A DNA stretch of 64,000 nt from a virus, in the IMG/VR virus record IMGVR_UViG_3300035696_000020, positions 39,892-103,891 of that record; one strand, written 5' to 3'. This document shows, one piece after another, positions 35,574 through 45,829 of this stretch (the stretch's first letter is position 1; each line of letters begins with the position of its first letter). The translations under genes and the position numbers were made by a program. The notes beneath the pieces are model-generated. The model saw nothing but the letters and a program-made list of their open reading frames with translations. It was not told where the DNA came from and did no database searches.

Positions 35574-36875
35574 AAGTCTGGTTAGTCGTCTACATCATTA
35601 TTGCGGGCCATGACGACACTGTAAAGCTTGAAGACACAGAGCAACCCACCATTGAGATGTGTCTAACCGAGGCAAGGCACATCCTAGACAAGACTTCGGA
35701 CATGCATGGGACGTTCGAACTATCGGTAGCATGTCAGGTAACTAAGGTCGAGAGTGATCCGCTATAGGGGGATGGGATGACAAAGACAGAAGTGCAACAG
35801 GCGATTGATACTGCGGCCGATGCGCGGCTTCAAGGCTTGGCGAACATGGTGTTTGAAAACCTTGTTACCGGGCAGACCGAGGAACAGGTCACGCGAGAGT
35901 TTACCCGTGGCTTGAAGATTCTACATCAGGCCCACGAAATCGCACTTAAGGCGGTAGACAAGGTTGAACTATGACGGAAGGCTGGATTTGTCCTAGATGT
36001 AAGGCGTCCAATGCGCCAAGCGTGCAGAAGTGTTCGTGCGTGGATGCGATGCCGAGCACGATACCGTTGCCGCCGACAATTCCTGTGTGGCCGCCATTTG
36101 TGCCATATGCGCCTAAGCCCAATGAGATAGGATGTGAGGCATGTCGTAACGGTGTTTGCATGTGCGTTCGCTATCCTACCACGACTTATACCATCAAGTG
36201 ATGACCGACGACTCATTCGCCGGCCACCCTCAATCTCTTGGCGAGATACGCGCTGCCTCCGGTGGCGATTCAACCCAATGGACCCCACGTGAAGTATTGA
36301 TTGCAATGCTGCGCCAGATCGATGACGGCGCGGACATTGACACACTGATTGTCTGTTATCGCCAGACTAAGGAAGATGGGCAAAAATACGCGCGTTTCTG
36401 GCACTCAGGGGATGACCAATTGGTTACGCTCGGGCTGTTGTCGAAGGCGACGGCGGATTTTGCGTCGTGACTAAGCGGTGGTCTTCTACCAAGAGTGGTG
36501 ATGGCAAGACGAAGCGGCAGGCATCAAAGGATGAGCGCCGTGATCTCGCAAAACAATTACGTCAATTGGCAAAAGAACCGCCAGAAGCCGTCTTTAACAA
36601 TTTTGGCGATATGATGCGTTGGTTGAACGACAAGAGGGGATGATGAGCGACGCAATTATAGACCCGTTTCATCGGCGTCTATATCCGATAATTACGAAGC
36701 ATATCAATGACGCCATGGTTGACCTCGCGGGTGGGTCCGCAGAGACGCTAGAGCAATATCATGGACAGGTCGCATACATCGCCGCGATGAACGCCGTATT
36801 GGCGCTCTGCAAGGAGATCGAGATTAGCATGCACGGCACGGTGTCGAGCAAGGATGAAGGGGAGACTGAGTAAAT

Positions 36876-37286
36876 ATGCCACCTCGTTTAATGGTCCATG
36901 AAGAAGACCCGAAGGATGTAATCTTTAAGCAAGTTGGGATGACGAAAGACCTAAAAATTCCCGGCTTCACACTGTTTGGCAACCGCGTCCTATGCGGAAT
37001 TTACGAGATGCCGGAAAAGACACGTAGCGGAATCATCATGCCAGACAGGTCCAGAGACGAAAGCAAGCACCAAGGCAAGGCTTGGCTGGTCTTGGCACTC
37101 GGGCCTACAGCGTTCGTGTCTGACGATCAATTCACGTTCGGTCCTGAACACAAGCTGGAAGTCGGCGATTGGTGCATGGGGTTTGTGTCTCTTGGCATGC
37201 AATGCACTATCAACGGACAACTTTGTCGTCTTGTTAGGGACCAAGACATTCCATTCAAAATTCCATTCCCTGACCAAGTTTGGTAA
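36876..37286 (+). CDS. GroES/Cpn10-like co-chaperonin
   Basis: GNRVL...EKTRSGIIMPD...VLALGP.AF...EVGDW. Confidence 0.8.
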   Translation: MPPRLMVHEEDPKDVIFKQVGMTKDLKIPGFTLFGNRVLCGIYEMPEKTRSGIIMPDRSRDESKHQGKAWLVLALGPTAFVSDDQFTFGPEHKLEVGDWCMGFVSLGMQCTINGQLCRLVRDQDIPFKIPFPDQVW

Positions 37287-37298
37287 TAAGGAGAAAAT

Positions 37299-38348
37299 AT
37301 GACTGACAGTACGGTAATTGAAGTCGAAGATGAGGGCGTGGTTACGATCGACTTGCCAGAGGGTGAGGGAACGGAGGCCACTGAATCAGAAGTTGCGGTA
37401 AAGGCAGAACCAAAGCCTCGGGTACGCAAGGTCGCCGCCGATGAAGCCGCCGAAGCACTCAAGCAGGCAGTTGAGAAGGCGCAATCGGAAGCCGTCGCCA
37501 AAATCCGCGCCGCAGAAGAGACCGCGCAAGCCGAGCGGACACGTGCCGAGGCCGCACAACGTCTCGCAGAACAGCGTGACGCAGAGGCCAAGGCGTATAA
37601 AGAGGCTGCGGAAAGTTCTGAACTTACCCTCCTGAACTCGGGGATTGAAAGTGAAACTCGGGAAGTAGCCTCGCATCAGGCTGCGCTAGAAGCAGCTTGG
37701 GAGGCCGGCGAGTTCAAGAAGGCCGGTGAGCTACAGGTCAAACTTGCGAAGGCGACTGCACGCCTAGATCGCCTGGAAGCGGCCAAGGAAGACTATGAGG
37801 CGGGAGCGCGTAAAACTCCGGTCACCGAGGGTCGCGTAGAGCCGCAGATTCAGCAGTCTCCGCTGGAGCAATACCTATCCCGGATGGCACCTCGCGCGCA
37901 GGCGTGGCTACGGTCACATCCTGAGTGTGCACCACCGCAGTTAGGTGGCGACCCGGTGAAGCACAATGCCATGATGAAGGGGCATTATGCAGCGGGTGAA
38001 CAGAAAATCACTGAGGGCAGCGATGACTACTTCCGGGTGATTGAAGAATCGGCCGGGTATCGTCAACCTGCCGCGCCGGTATCTGCCGCCGCTGAGATAG
38101 TCCCGGCAGAACGTCCACGTCGCGCCGCCCCAGTCCCGGCCGCGCCCGTTACCCGCGAGCCTCCGGGCAGTAATGCTCCTGGCCCGAAACGTACCTACAC
38201 CCTGACAAAGGAACAGCAAGAAGCGGCAAAGATCACCTACCCGCATCTTGATACCCGTCAGGCGTTCGCAAAGTACGCGGAAGGGCTGTACTCGCTAGAT
38301 GCGGAGACGCCGAACTGGCGTGGCCGATCTGCCGCGATGACGCATTAG
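37299..38348 (+). CDS. Probable capsid scaffolding protein
   Basis: Acidic coiled coil, AQAWL..HP, GSDDYF, LTKEQ.EAA; lies between GroES and the capsid genes. Confidence 0.7.
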   Translation: MTDSTVIEVEDEGVVTIDLPEGEGTEATESEVAVKAEPKPRVRKVAADEAAEALKQAVEKAQSEAVAKIRAAEETAQAERTRAEAAQRLAEQRDAEAKAYKEAAESSELTLLNSGIESETREVASHQAALEAAWEAGEFKKAGELQVKLAKATARLDRLEAAKEDYEAGARKTPVTEGRVEPQIQQSPLEQYLSRMAPRAQAWLRSHPECAPPQLGGDPVKHNAMMKGHYAAGEQKITEGSDDYFRVIEESAGYRQPAAPVSAAAEIVPAERPRRAAPVPAAPVTREPPGSNAPGPKRTYTLTKEQQEAAKITYPHLDTRQAFAKYAEGLYSLDAETPNWRGRSAAMTH

Positions 38349-39389
38349 CGCATTTCAGGAGCGGGAGCGGTTCCGACATAACGGGTTTTGCACTTTCTGC
38401 ACACAAAGGCACGAGAGCAGCATTCCCAAGGGCGCCCACATCCGTACTTAGCAATTTCGTCGGCTGTGCATGAAACACGATCCGCATAGCCGCCACATTT
38501 GCATGGGATGCTGTAATCGTCACGTTCCAACGATCTCTCAACAGAGAATTTCGATGGGATAGGTTTCCTCAACGTTGGTCTCTTACGGGTAGCCTTTGCT
38601 GCGGCGAAGGCTCTCTTCAATCCCTCTCCCATTTGGTGTTCTCCATTAAGGTTGGTAAATCCCTAGATCGCCTACACGTCTGTATGGCTTGAACGCTTCT
38701 GCCATATAGTGCTGTACGAGGTCTTGACCAATCGAGGTCACTAGTCCACTTCTAACCGCGTAGTCTTGTAGGTCGTCAACAACTTGGTGTAGGTCAACAC
38801 CAGCACACCATAATTTGGCGCCCTCTTGGCACTTGTTTTGGAATATCGCGATAGAACTGGGGATGGTCATATGCTCTTCACCACGTTGGCTTTTGGCCTT
38901 TGCGCTAGTATTTACAACCCAAACACACTCGCCGTAGGGTATATCTCATCTGGCGAGTGTGTCATTCAGTACATCATTACCGAAGGTGTAACCGCGCGAC
39001 TTAATGACCACGAAGTAACGACGACGATCCTAGAGGGTGGGGCGGAAGTGACCGTGGATGAGTTAAAGTTTGTCATTCAGGGCGTTAAGCCTGTGTGATG
39101 GCACCATAGCACTCCAAACAAGAATCCAACTGCTATTAACCCGAGCCAGAAAGCAACGCCAAGAATAGTGTACTTGGTGTCATTCTCCATGCATTTTTCC
39201 CTCCTGATTTATCAACTCTCTTAAATCAGACTTTTCGTCTGCTGTCAACAATTTTCAGTTTCGCCTCGTGCGGAACGTGAGCCGCCCAGCGGCTACTGCG
39301 CGCTCCCATCCCCTCATCCCACGCGCGGTAAGGTTGTCGGTTCCGAACACGTAAAACACGTGAAACCGTCGTTCATTCAAGGACTTATT

Positions 39390-39971
39390 ATGACTTCTGA
39401 TGAGGCAACCGCGTACACTGCAATACCACAAGCGGATACCGTAGCACCTGGGCGTCGCGGACCAGGACGGCCAAGAAAGAACGCAGAACACGCGCCACAA
39501 CATACCGCAGCCCATACTGCGGAACGGGAAGTAGAACGCGAGCCGGCACATAGCACGCCTCGCCGTATGCGTCGCCGCAAGGGATTGCAGCATGACGACC
39601 CGTTCTACATCCCACTAGACGAGATTCCCGAGGGGTTGAGCTACGAGTGGAAGCGATTCTCCGTGGCCGGTCAAGAGGACCCGTTCTACCTCGCGCAGAT
39701 GCGTGCACAGGGCTGGGAGCCGGTTGATCCGAAGATGCATCCCAATTGGGTGCCACCGGATTACACCGCACCGAACATCATCAAGGGTGGGCAGATTCTC
39801 ATGGAACGCCCGATCGAACTCACCAACGAGGCCCGTGCGGAACTTGATGCCCTTGCGAATCAGCAAATGCGCGAAGTCCGAGCACGTGTTGGCAAGTCTG
39901 AGCCGGGCGAACTGGAGCGGGTCAAGCCAAGGATTGAGAACGAGTGGAACCGGATGGTGGTTGAGGAATAA
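39390..39971 (+). CDS. Conserved head-region protein
   Basis: IPEGLSYEWKR.S..GQ.D, GWEPV, GGQILMERP. Confidence 0.65.
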   Translation: MTSDEATAYTAIPQADTVAPGRRGPGRPRKNAEHAPQHTAAHTAEREVEREPAHSTPRRMRRRKGLQHDDPFYIPLDEIPEGLSYEWKRFSVAGQEDPFYLAQMRAQGWEPVDPKMHPNWVPPDYTAPNIIKGGQILMERPIELTNEARAELDALANQQMREVRARVGKSEPGELERVKPRIENEWNRMVVEE

Positions 39972-40305
39972 GGGGAAAATATGGCTAAGAGGGGAAAGAA
40001 GATCATTCCAAGAAGCCCAGATGTGGATCGATTGGAGAAGATCATTGACAAGCTTGCCGGTGGTTTGACTGACAAGATTGCGAAAGTGGAGTTTGAGCGC
40101 GATTTGGCGTTACGTGAACTTAACGCGCTCAAAGAACGGCTGGTTGGGTTGCTCGTACCTGACCAATTAGAGGCGGCGAGGGTATGTTGCGTTCCACCGG
40201 AGCAATATGCCCTAGAAGTGATTGATCTATGGAAGTTCAGAACGTTTCCGACGTTTGTTCCTGAGATTAAGCATCTTGGCGCGCTTCAAGCAGGCAAGGG
40301 AGTAT

Positions 40306-40545
40306 ATGAGTAACAATCGTCCCTCCGTCTATCGTAACCGCGTCGTCGGCCTACTCTCCGATAAAGAGTACATTAAACTAATGGACCTCGTGGAAGAGAA
40401 TAACGTAAGCGTTTCCGAGTACATACGGGCCATTATCGTTGATGTTTTGGCAGAAGAGGACGATAAAAAGAAGCCTCCGCATCCCTTGAGATTGGTAAAA
40501 CATGGGATGCAACCTCATAACGTCGTGGTACTTGCGCGACGATAA
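40306..40545 (+). CDS. Ribbon-helix-helix-like DNA-binding protein
   Basis: RVVGLLSDKEY..L...VEENNVSVSEYIRAII. Confidence 0.5.
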   Translation: MSNNRPSVYRNRVVGLLSDKEYIKLMDLVEENNVSVSEYIRAIIVDVLAEEDDKKKPPHPLRLVKHGMQPHNVVVLARR

Positions 40546-40561
40546 CATATTGTAGTATAAT
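40532..40561 (+). promoter_or_regulatory. Sigma70-like promoter of the capsid operon
   Basis: TTGCGC-18 bp-TATAAT. Confidence 0.5.
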
Positions 40562-40573
40562 AGCGTTTAATCA

Positions 40574-40701
40574 GACCTACGCGCCGTAGGTTGAATTTCG
40601 GAAGCCGCCGCCCGCGCCGGGTAGGCATCTCCACCAAACAATCTGTACTCCCGCGCCGGGAGTGATTTTAACTCAGGCTATCCTGTACCGCGCCGGTCCA
40701 G
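40574..40701 (+). repeat. Four hairpins sharing a C-GCGCC-G loop in the capsid-operon leader
   Basis: GCGCC loops at 40581, 40614, 40653 and 40690, each closed by a different stem. Confidence 0.75.
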
Positions 40702-40729
40702 TCGATGCCAAGACTGGGACCATATTGCT

Positions 40730-41350
40730 ATGGCAAACACCCTCGGAGCCTTTGGCTTTAAGCCCTACGGCACCGCATCCGGCCCGGTAAACTTTGCCGA
40801 GAGCCACAACCCGCCGTACCGAATTGCGTCGGGCTACGGTACTGCGATTTTCTATGGCGATGCTGTTCGCATGAACAACTCGCCGACTGGATACATTGAG
40901 CGTTGGGCGGCTGGCGACGGCGGCACGGCGACCTACATTCTCGCCGGTATTTTCGTTGGGTGCTCATACTACTCAACGAGCCAACGCAAGTGGGTTTGGA
41001 ACAACTATTGGCCCGGTGCTGATGCTACGGGCGATGTTGACGCATACGTGGTCGATGATCCGAATGCTCAATTCCTCGTCCAGTCAAATGGTTCGGGTTC
41101 TCCGATTACCCAAGTGTCGATCGGTCAGACTGCGGATATCGTATCCGGCTCTGGCTCGAATGGCAGTACGGTAACTGGGATATCTGGCATGACGTTGGAC
41201 AATCCAACTACCACAGTAACATTCCCATTCAAAGTGGTGAACGTCCTTAACACACCTCCTGGTGCGAACGGCACAGACCTGACGACTAAGAACAACTACG
41301 TCATGGTCGCCTTCAATAACCAGACCTACAAAGCATTGCTGGGAGTATAA
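40730..41350 (+). CDS. Probable capsid decoration/cement protein
   Basis: MAN..GAFGF.P, AIFYGD.V, GIFVGC.Y, VVDDPNAQFLVQ; immediately upstream of the MCP. Confidence 0.7.
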   Translation: MANTLGAFGFKPYGTASGPVNFAESHNPPYRIASGYGTAIFYGDAVRMNNSPTGYIERWAAGDGGTATYILAGIFVGCSYYSTSQRKWVWNNYWPGADATGDVDAYVVDDPNAQFLVQSNGSGSPITQVSIGQTADIVSGSGSNGSTVTGISGMTLDNPTTTVTFPFKVVNVLNTPPGANGTDLTTKNNYVMVAFNNQTYKALLGV

Positions 41351-41353
41351 TAG

Positions 41354-42280
41354 ATGGCTATTAACGTCGCAGCAATTCGTGACCTACTGCTCCCAGGTCT
41401 CCGTGGTGTCACTGGCGAATATAAGCAATGGCCGGCAATCTGGCCAAAGCTCTTCGACCAGGGCAAGTCAGAAATGGCACAGGAACGCACTGCTTCTATG
41501 CGCTTCCTGCCAGTCGCATCGCTTAAGACGGACGGCGGACAAACTCCGTTCGATAACAACAGCGGTGAGGCATTCGTCTACAACCAGCTTCATACTGGTA
41601 TCGGTCTCGGCTATGCGATCACTCGCAATACCATCTCCGACAACCTGTATAAGGCCCAGTTCCGTCCGTCGAACCTCGGTCTACAGCGTTCATTCGCCCA
41701 GACCAAGGAAATCTACGCGGCGAATGTATTCAACACCTCTGGCACGTTCCAAACCACAGTTGGTGGCGACGGCGTATCATTGCTGAATGTTGCGCACCCA
41801 CTCCCTGCGGGTGGTAGCGGTCCTTCAACTTGGGCCAATACTCCAAGCGTCGCCGTCGATCTGAACGAAACCTCATTGCTTAACGGCATGATCTCAATTC
41901 AGACCGGATTCTATGACAACGCCGGCCTGCGCATGATGGCTACGGGCAAGACGCTCGTAATTCATCCGAACAACGAACCCGTGGCACTTCGTTTGCTGCG
42001 CGCCGAGCTTCGCCCCGGCACCGCAATGAACGATCCAAACGTCATCCCAACCGTTGCTGGCGGTATCACGGATTACGTCAAGGACGTGTTCTTCACCTCA
42101 AACTTTGCATGGTTCATCAAGACCGATCAGCCAGGGTTGCTATACCTTGAGCGTGAGCCGTTCGAGATCGACATGCAAGTGGATTTTACCACCGACAATT
42201 TGCTGGTAAAGGGTTGGGAAAGATATAGTTTCTCTTACAACGATCCTCGCAGCATATATGGGTCGCTGCCAACTTCGTAA
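41354..42280 (+). CDS. Major capsid protein
   Basis: LLLPGLRG, LGYAITR..I.DNLY, SF.QTKE..AANVFN, GGDGVSL...AHP, ERYSFSY.DPR. Confidence 0.9.
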   Translation: MAINVAAIRDLLLPGLRGVTGEYKQWPAIWPKLFDQGKSEMAQERTASMRFLPVASLKTDGGQTPFDNNSGEAFVYNQLHTGIGLGYAITRNTISDNLYKAQFRPSNLGLQRSFAQTKEIYAANVFNTSGTFQTTVGGDGVSLLNVAHPLPAGGSGPSTWANTPSVAVDLNETSLLNGMISIQTGFYDNAGLRMMATGKTLVIHPNNEPVALRLLRAELRPGTAMNDPNVIPTVAGGITDYVKDVFFTSNFAWFIKTDQPGLLYLEREPFEIDMQVDFTTDNLLVKGWERYSFSYNDPRSIYGSLPTS

Positions 42281-42427
42281 TAAAATCAATGGCTTGTGAG
42301 TGAATACCACTCGCAGCCAAGATCAAGCCAAGAGTGATTTACTACGGTGATATAACTCCCAAGAAAAAGCTTGACACGATGTTGAAAGTGTGAGAGGGTT
42401 CATCCCGGTAATAACGGGAGAACCCAG

Positions 42428-43519
42428 ATGGTACGAGAGACGAGACTAACCCACGAGCGCGTTCTAGAGCTTTTTGACTACGACGCGGCAACTGGGAACC
42501 TGCTTTGGAGGAAACCAACTTCCAATGCAGTTAAGGTCGGCGATGTTGTGGGTGTAGTAGCCACGAATGGCCGACGATACTTAAAGGTGGACAATGAAAA
42601 CCACATGGTCCACCGGGTGGTGTGGTTCTTTCATAAGGGCGAATGGCCTAAGTACCATTTGGCCCCAGTTGATAAAGATTACCTGAACACGAGACTAGAA
42701 AATCTCGTTGAACAGACACCACGAGAGACGATTAAAAAGGGCGGCCTTCGCTCCACTAATACTACTGGCGTGAAGGGCGTTTCTTGGGACGAAAGTAAGA
42801 AAGAGTACGCTGTTTTCGCATATATAGACGGGAAAAGCGTATTCCACAGTAGCCATAAGTCGCTTGAAGATGCCGCCGTGGCCGCGAAAGAGGCAGAACA
42901 GGGCATCATTCCAACGGCGGAATGGCGCAAGGCGCATCATGATCGAAAGATCGCTAACAAGCGTCTTTGGGCCAAGATGGTTAAGTGGTGTAAGGGACTG
43001 CATCGATGGGAATCCGTCGAACAGTTTTTAGGAGAAGTTGGCGAGCCGCCGCATGAAAACTCTAGGCTTGCTCCGGTTGATGAAAGCAAACTAATCGGAC
43101 CTGGGAATTTCAAGTGGACGGAGCCTGATACTGACCACAGATCGCCAGAAGCGATCAAGGCGGCAAAGAAGCGAGAAGACAATAGAGAGTGGTATCGAGA
43201 CTACCATCTGAACAGGAAGTACAAGATTAGCAGTAAGAAATATGTTGAACTTCTTGTACAGCAAAAGGGTGTGTGCGCGATTTGTGGAAACCCTGAAACA
43301 GATACAGATGAGAATGGTAGAGTAAGAGAGTTTCATGTTGACCACGACCACGATACGGGAACTGTAAGAGGATTGTTGTGTGGTGCCTGCAATAAAGGCA
43401 TAGGCCACATGCGAGAAGACATCGAAAGATTAAAGTCAGCCATTCGGTACATAGAATATTGGAACCGAGTGATTGCTGAAAAGAACCCGAAGATTGGCGA
43501 CGGGAAAATCGCCGAATAA
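42428..43519 (+). CDS. Composite homing endonuclease (degenerate HNH + AP2-like + endonuclease VII)
   Basis: VHRVVW; NTTGVKGVSW; QKGVCAICG...HVDHDHDTGTVRGLLCGACNKGIG. Confidence 0.85.
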   Translation: MVRETRLTHERVLELFDYDAATGNLLWRKPTSNAVKVGDVVGVVATNGRRYLKVDNENHMVHRVVWFFHKGEWPKYHLAPVDKDYLNTRLENLVEQTPRETIKKGGLRSTNTTGVKGVSWDESKKEYAVFAYIDGKSVFHSSHKSLEDAAVAAKEAEQGIIPTAEWRKAHHDRKIANKRLWAKMVKWCKGLHRWESVEQFLGEVGEPPHENSRLAPVDESKLIGPGNFKWTEPDTDHRSPEAIKAAKKREDNREWYRDYHLNRKYKISSKKYVELLVQQKGVCAICGNPETDTDENGRVREFHVDHDHDTGTVRGLLCGACNKGIGHMREDIERLKSAIRYIEYWNRVIAEKNPKIGDGKIAE

Positions 43520-43534
43520 AAAAAGGACTAAGAA

Positions 43535-44521
43535 ATGACGCTTTTTAGCACTGGCGGCCAGAATATCTCCAGTCAATTCGGGATGCCGTTGTATGGCATT
43601 TCCAATGTGCCGCCCTTTGGTGGCAATTACTTTTTCGTTGACCCGAACTTTGGGTCGGACGGAAATACGGGTGGTCCGCAGGACCCATTCAAGACCCTGA
43701 CTCAGGCGCACAGTGCGTGTCTCGCCGGCAACAACGATGTGGTGTTCCTGACCGGCAACATCGGTGCGGGTGTCAGTGCGTATCAGTCGGCACCGTTGGT
43801 GTGGAGCAAGAACTGTACGCATTTGTTTGGTCTGTGTCCGCCGGTAAAGCGTGGCAAGCAAGCACGTATTGCAATCACGGGAACTACCGCATTTAGCCCG
43901 CTGTTTAGCGTAACGGCAACTTGCTGCTGGTTCTCGAACCTGCAATTCTATCATGGCTTTGCTACGGATGGGGGGACCACTTCGTACTGCGTTGAGGATA
44001 GTGGTGGTCGAAATATGTTCGACAACTGCGAAATTCTTGGCTTTGCGGGAGCGGGCACTGCGGGTAACACCGGAGCACGCGCGCTTCACGTGACTGGATC
44101 AACTGGCGAAAGCACGTATCGTAACTGTGTCTTTGGCTTGGATACCGTACAGCGCACAGTAACAAACTATACTGTTGAATTTGCTGGCGGGACTCCACGT
44201 AATCACTTCATTGATTGCGAATTTGAGGCTTGGCTAAGTTCCGGTGGTGCCGCAGCATGCCATCTCTACACGGCAACATCTACCAGCATTGATCGCTATA
44301 CCTCATTTGATCGCTGCGATTTCCTAAGTGATGTAAAGTCAAGTGGTACCGCCATGACCTCGGCGGCGTTGCTTACTGCTGGTGGTGGTTTATTCAAAAT
44401 GCGCGATTGTCTCGCGGTTGGTATAACACATTGGGAAGCTTCAATCAGCGATGTGTTGTACCTCAACAACCCAGCTATAAACCAGACCAATCCTGGCGTG
44501 ATGCTGAACCAGACCACGTAA
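43535..44521 (+). CDS. Beta-helix-like virion protein
   Basis: FFVDPNFGSDGNTG..PQDPFKTLTQA..AC.AG.NDVVFL; repeated F.NC/F.DC turns. Confidence 0.65.
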   Translation: MTLFSTGGQNISSQFGMPLYGISNVPPFGGNYFFVDPNFGSDGNTGGPQDPFKTLTQAHSACLAGNNDVVFLTGNIGAGVSAYQSAPLVWSKNCTHLFGLCPPVKRGKQARIAITGTTAFSPLFSVTATCCWFSNLQFYHGFATDGGTTSYCVEDSGGRNMFDNCEILGFAGAGTAGNTGARALHVTGSTGESTYRNCVFGLDTVQRTVTNYTVEFAGGTPRNHFIDCEFEAWLSSGGAAACHLYTATSTSIDRYTSFDRCDFLSDVKSSGTAMTSAALLTAGGGLFKMRDCLAVGITHWEASISDVLYLNNPAINQTNPGVMLNQTT

Positions 44522-44604
44522 TTTTGAGCACGTAACAATTTTCCCTGACGATATGCAGGATTTTACATATCGCCGAGCCCACGGAGCCGGGTGAAGGAAG
44601 TAAT

Positions 44605-44898
44605 ATGAGCAGAGCACGACACAAGATGAAGGCTAACGGCGGTCCAGTCAAGCAAGTCTGGAACGCAGGCGGTGAACAAAACGCCGCGCATGAGGCCGAA
44701 GAGAAGAAGAAGGGCGGACGAGTTCACGGTGAAGGCGAGAAGTCCAAGATGCGTATGGATCGCCCGAAGCGTGCCCGTGGTGGCCGTCTCCGTGGCGAAG
44801 GCATGGGCGCAGACAAGTCGCCACTGACCACCGCAGCCAAGGTGAAGCATGTTACTCCCGGAGAAACTGGTGAGGACGGCGCCGACAAAGTAATGTAG
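44605..44898 (+). CDS. Small basic protein with xxGG motifs
   Basis: KANGGPV, KKKGGRV, RARGGRL. Confidence 0.65.
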   Translation: MSRARHKMKANGGPVKQVWNAGGEQNAAHEAEEKKKGGRVHGEGEKSKMRMDRPKRARGGRLRGEGMGADKSPLTTAAKVKHVTPGETGEDGADKVM

Positions 44899-44986
44899 TC
44901 GGGGATAAGCGTCAAAGTTCGGGCCGAGCAAGCATTGGCGTGCTATACTCGGCCCTGACCGATCCCGAGTGTTGGAGGCACCCGAA

Positions 44987-45655
44987 ATGGCTGACGCATT
45001 TATAGGACATCCTCGCCTTGCAAGGCAAGAGGCAAAACGTACAGGTCAACAAAGATATTTTACGGGCAAACCGTGTTCTAGGGGACACACTGTCGAACGT
45101 AAGACTTCTACTGGCCAATGTCTCAAGTGCTGTGAAGAGGACAGGATTAGGTGGCGGGCCGATAACAGAGAACGATACCTAGCACAGTCTAGGGAACAAA
45201 AGAAAAAATGGCGTACTGAGAATCCTGAGAAGGTCAAAGAGGCTAGAAAGCGATTTGCTACTAAGCACGCTGATAGGCTCAAAAAGGCTGAAAGAGAACG
45301 GGCTAGAAGACGGTACAATACAGAAGGCTATCAACAGTCAAAGGCTAGGCGCAAGGCAAGAATAGAAGCCGAGTTAGCCGCAGTAGCAGGACGACCAAGG
45401 CCGACAGTCTGTGATATTTGTAACGAGCCTGTGAAAAAGACAGTATTCGACCATTGTCATAAGCATGGTCATTTCCGTGGGTGGCTGTGTAATGCTTGCA
45501 ACAAGGCGCTTGGACTTGCCAAGGATAACCCCTCCCTACTAAGAAAAATGGCAAGGTATTTGGAGAGGACGAGTGGCGAAGTTGAAGGCAGCACAGAGAA
45601 ACAAACTCCCCTCTTCGACCTTTGCACTGCCGGAACAGCGGAAGTATCCGCTTGA
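44987..45655 (+). CDS. Endonuclease VII-type homing endonuclease
   Basis: YFTGKPCSRGH; CDIC...FDHCHKHGHFRGWLCNACNKALG. Confidence 0.85.
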   Translation: MADAFIGHPRLARQEAKRTGQQRYFTGKPCSRGHTVERKTSTGQCLKCCEEDRIRWRADNRERYLAQSREQKKKWRTENPEKVKEARKRFATKHADRLKKAERERARRRYNTEGYQQSKARRKARIEAELAAVAGRPRPTVCDICNEPVKKTVFDHCHKHGHFRGWLCNACNKALGLAKDNPSLLRKMARYLERTSGEVEGSTEKQTPLFDLCTAGTAEVSA

Positions 45656-45818
45656 CACAGAGAATCGAGCCCGTAATGCGCTTTCGCGTGGGGCTCAAAA
45701 TGCTTCTCCCGAACAACTAGCGACGATCAAAGCTAAAGTCCGTCGTCGCTACCCATCAATTCATGTGGAAGGCGAACCCTCTAAGTCCAGAGGCGATCGT
45801 CCGTCACGCAGAAAATGA
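45573..45818 (+). CDS. Small basic phage protein
   Basis: RNKLPSSTFALP..RKYP....RARNALSR. Confidence 0.7.
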   Translation: MAKLKAAQRNKLPSSTFALPEQRKYPLDTENRARNALSRGAQNASPEQLATIKAKVRRRYPSIHVEGEPSKSRGDRPSRRK

Positions 45819-45829
45819 GGTGACATAGA

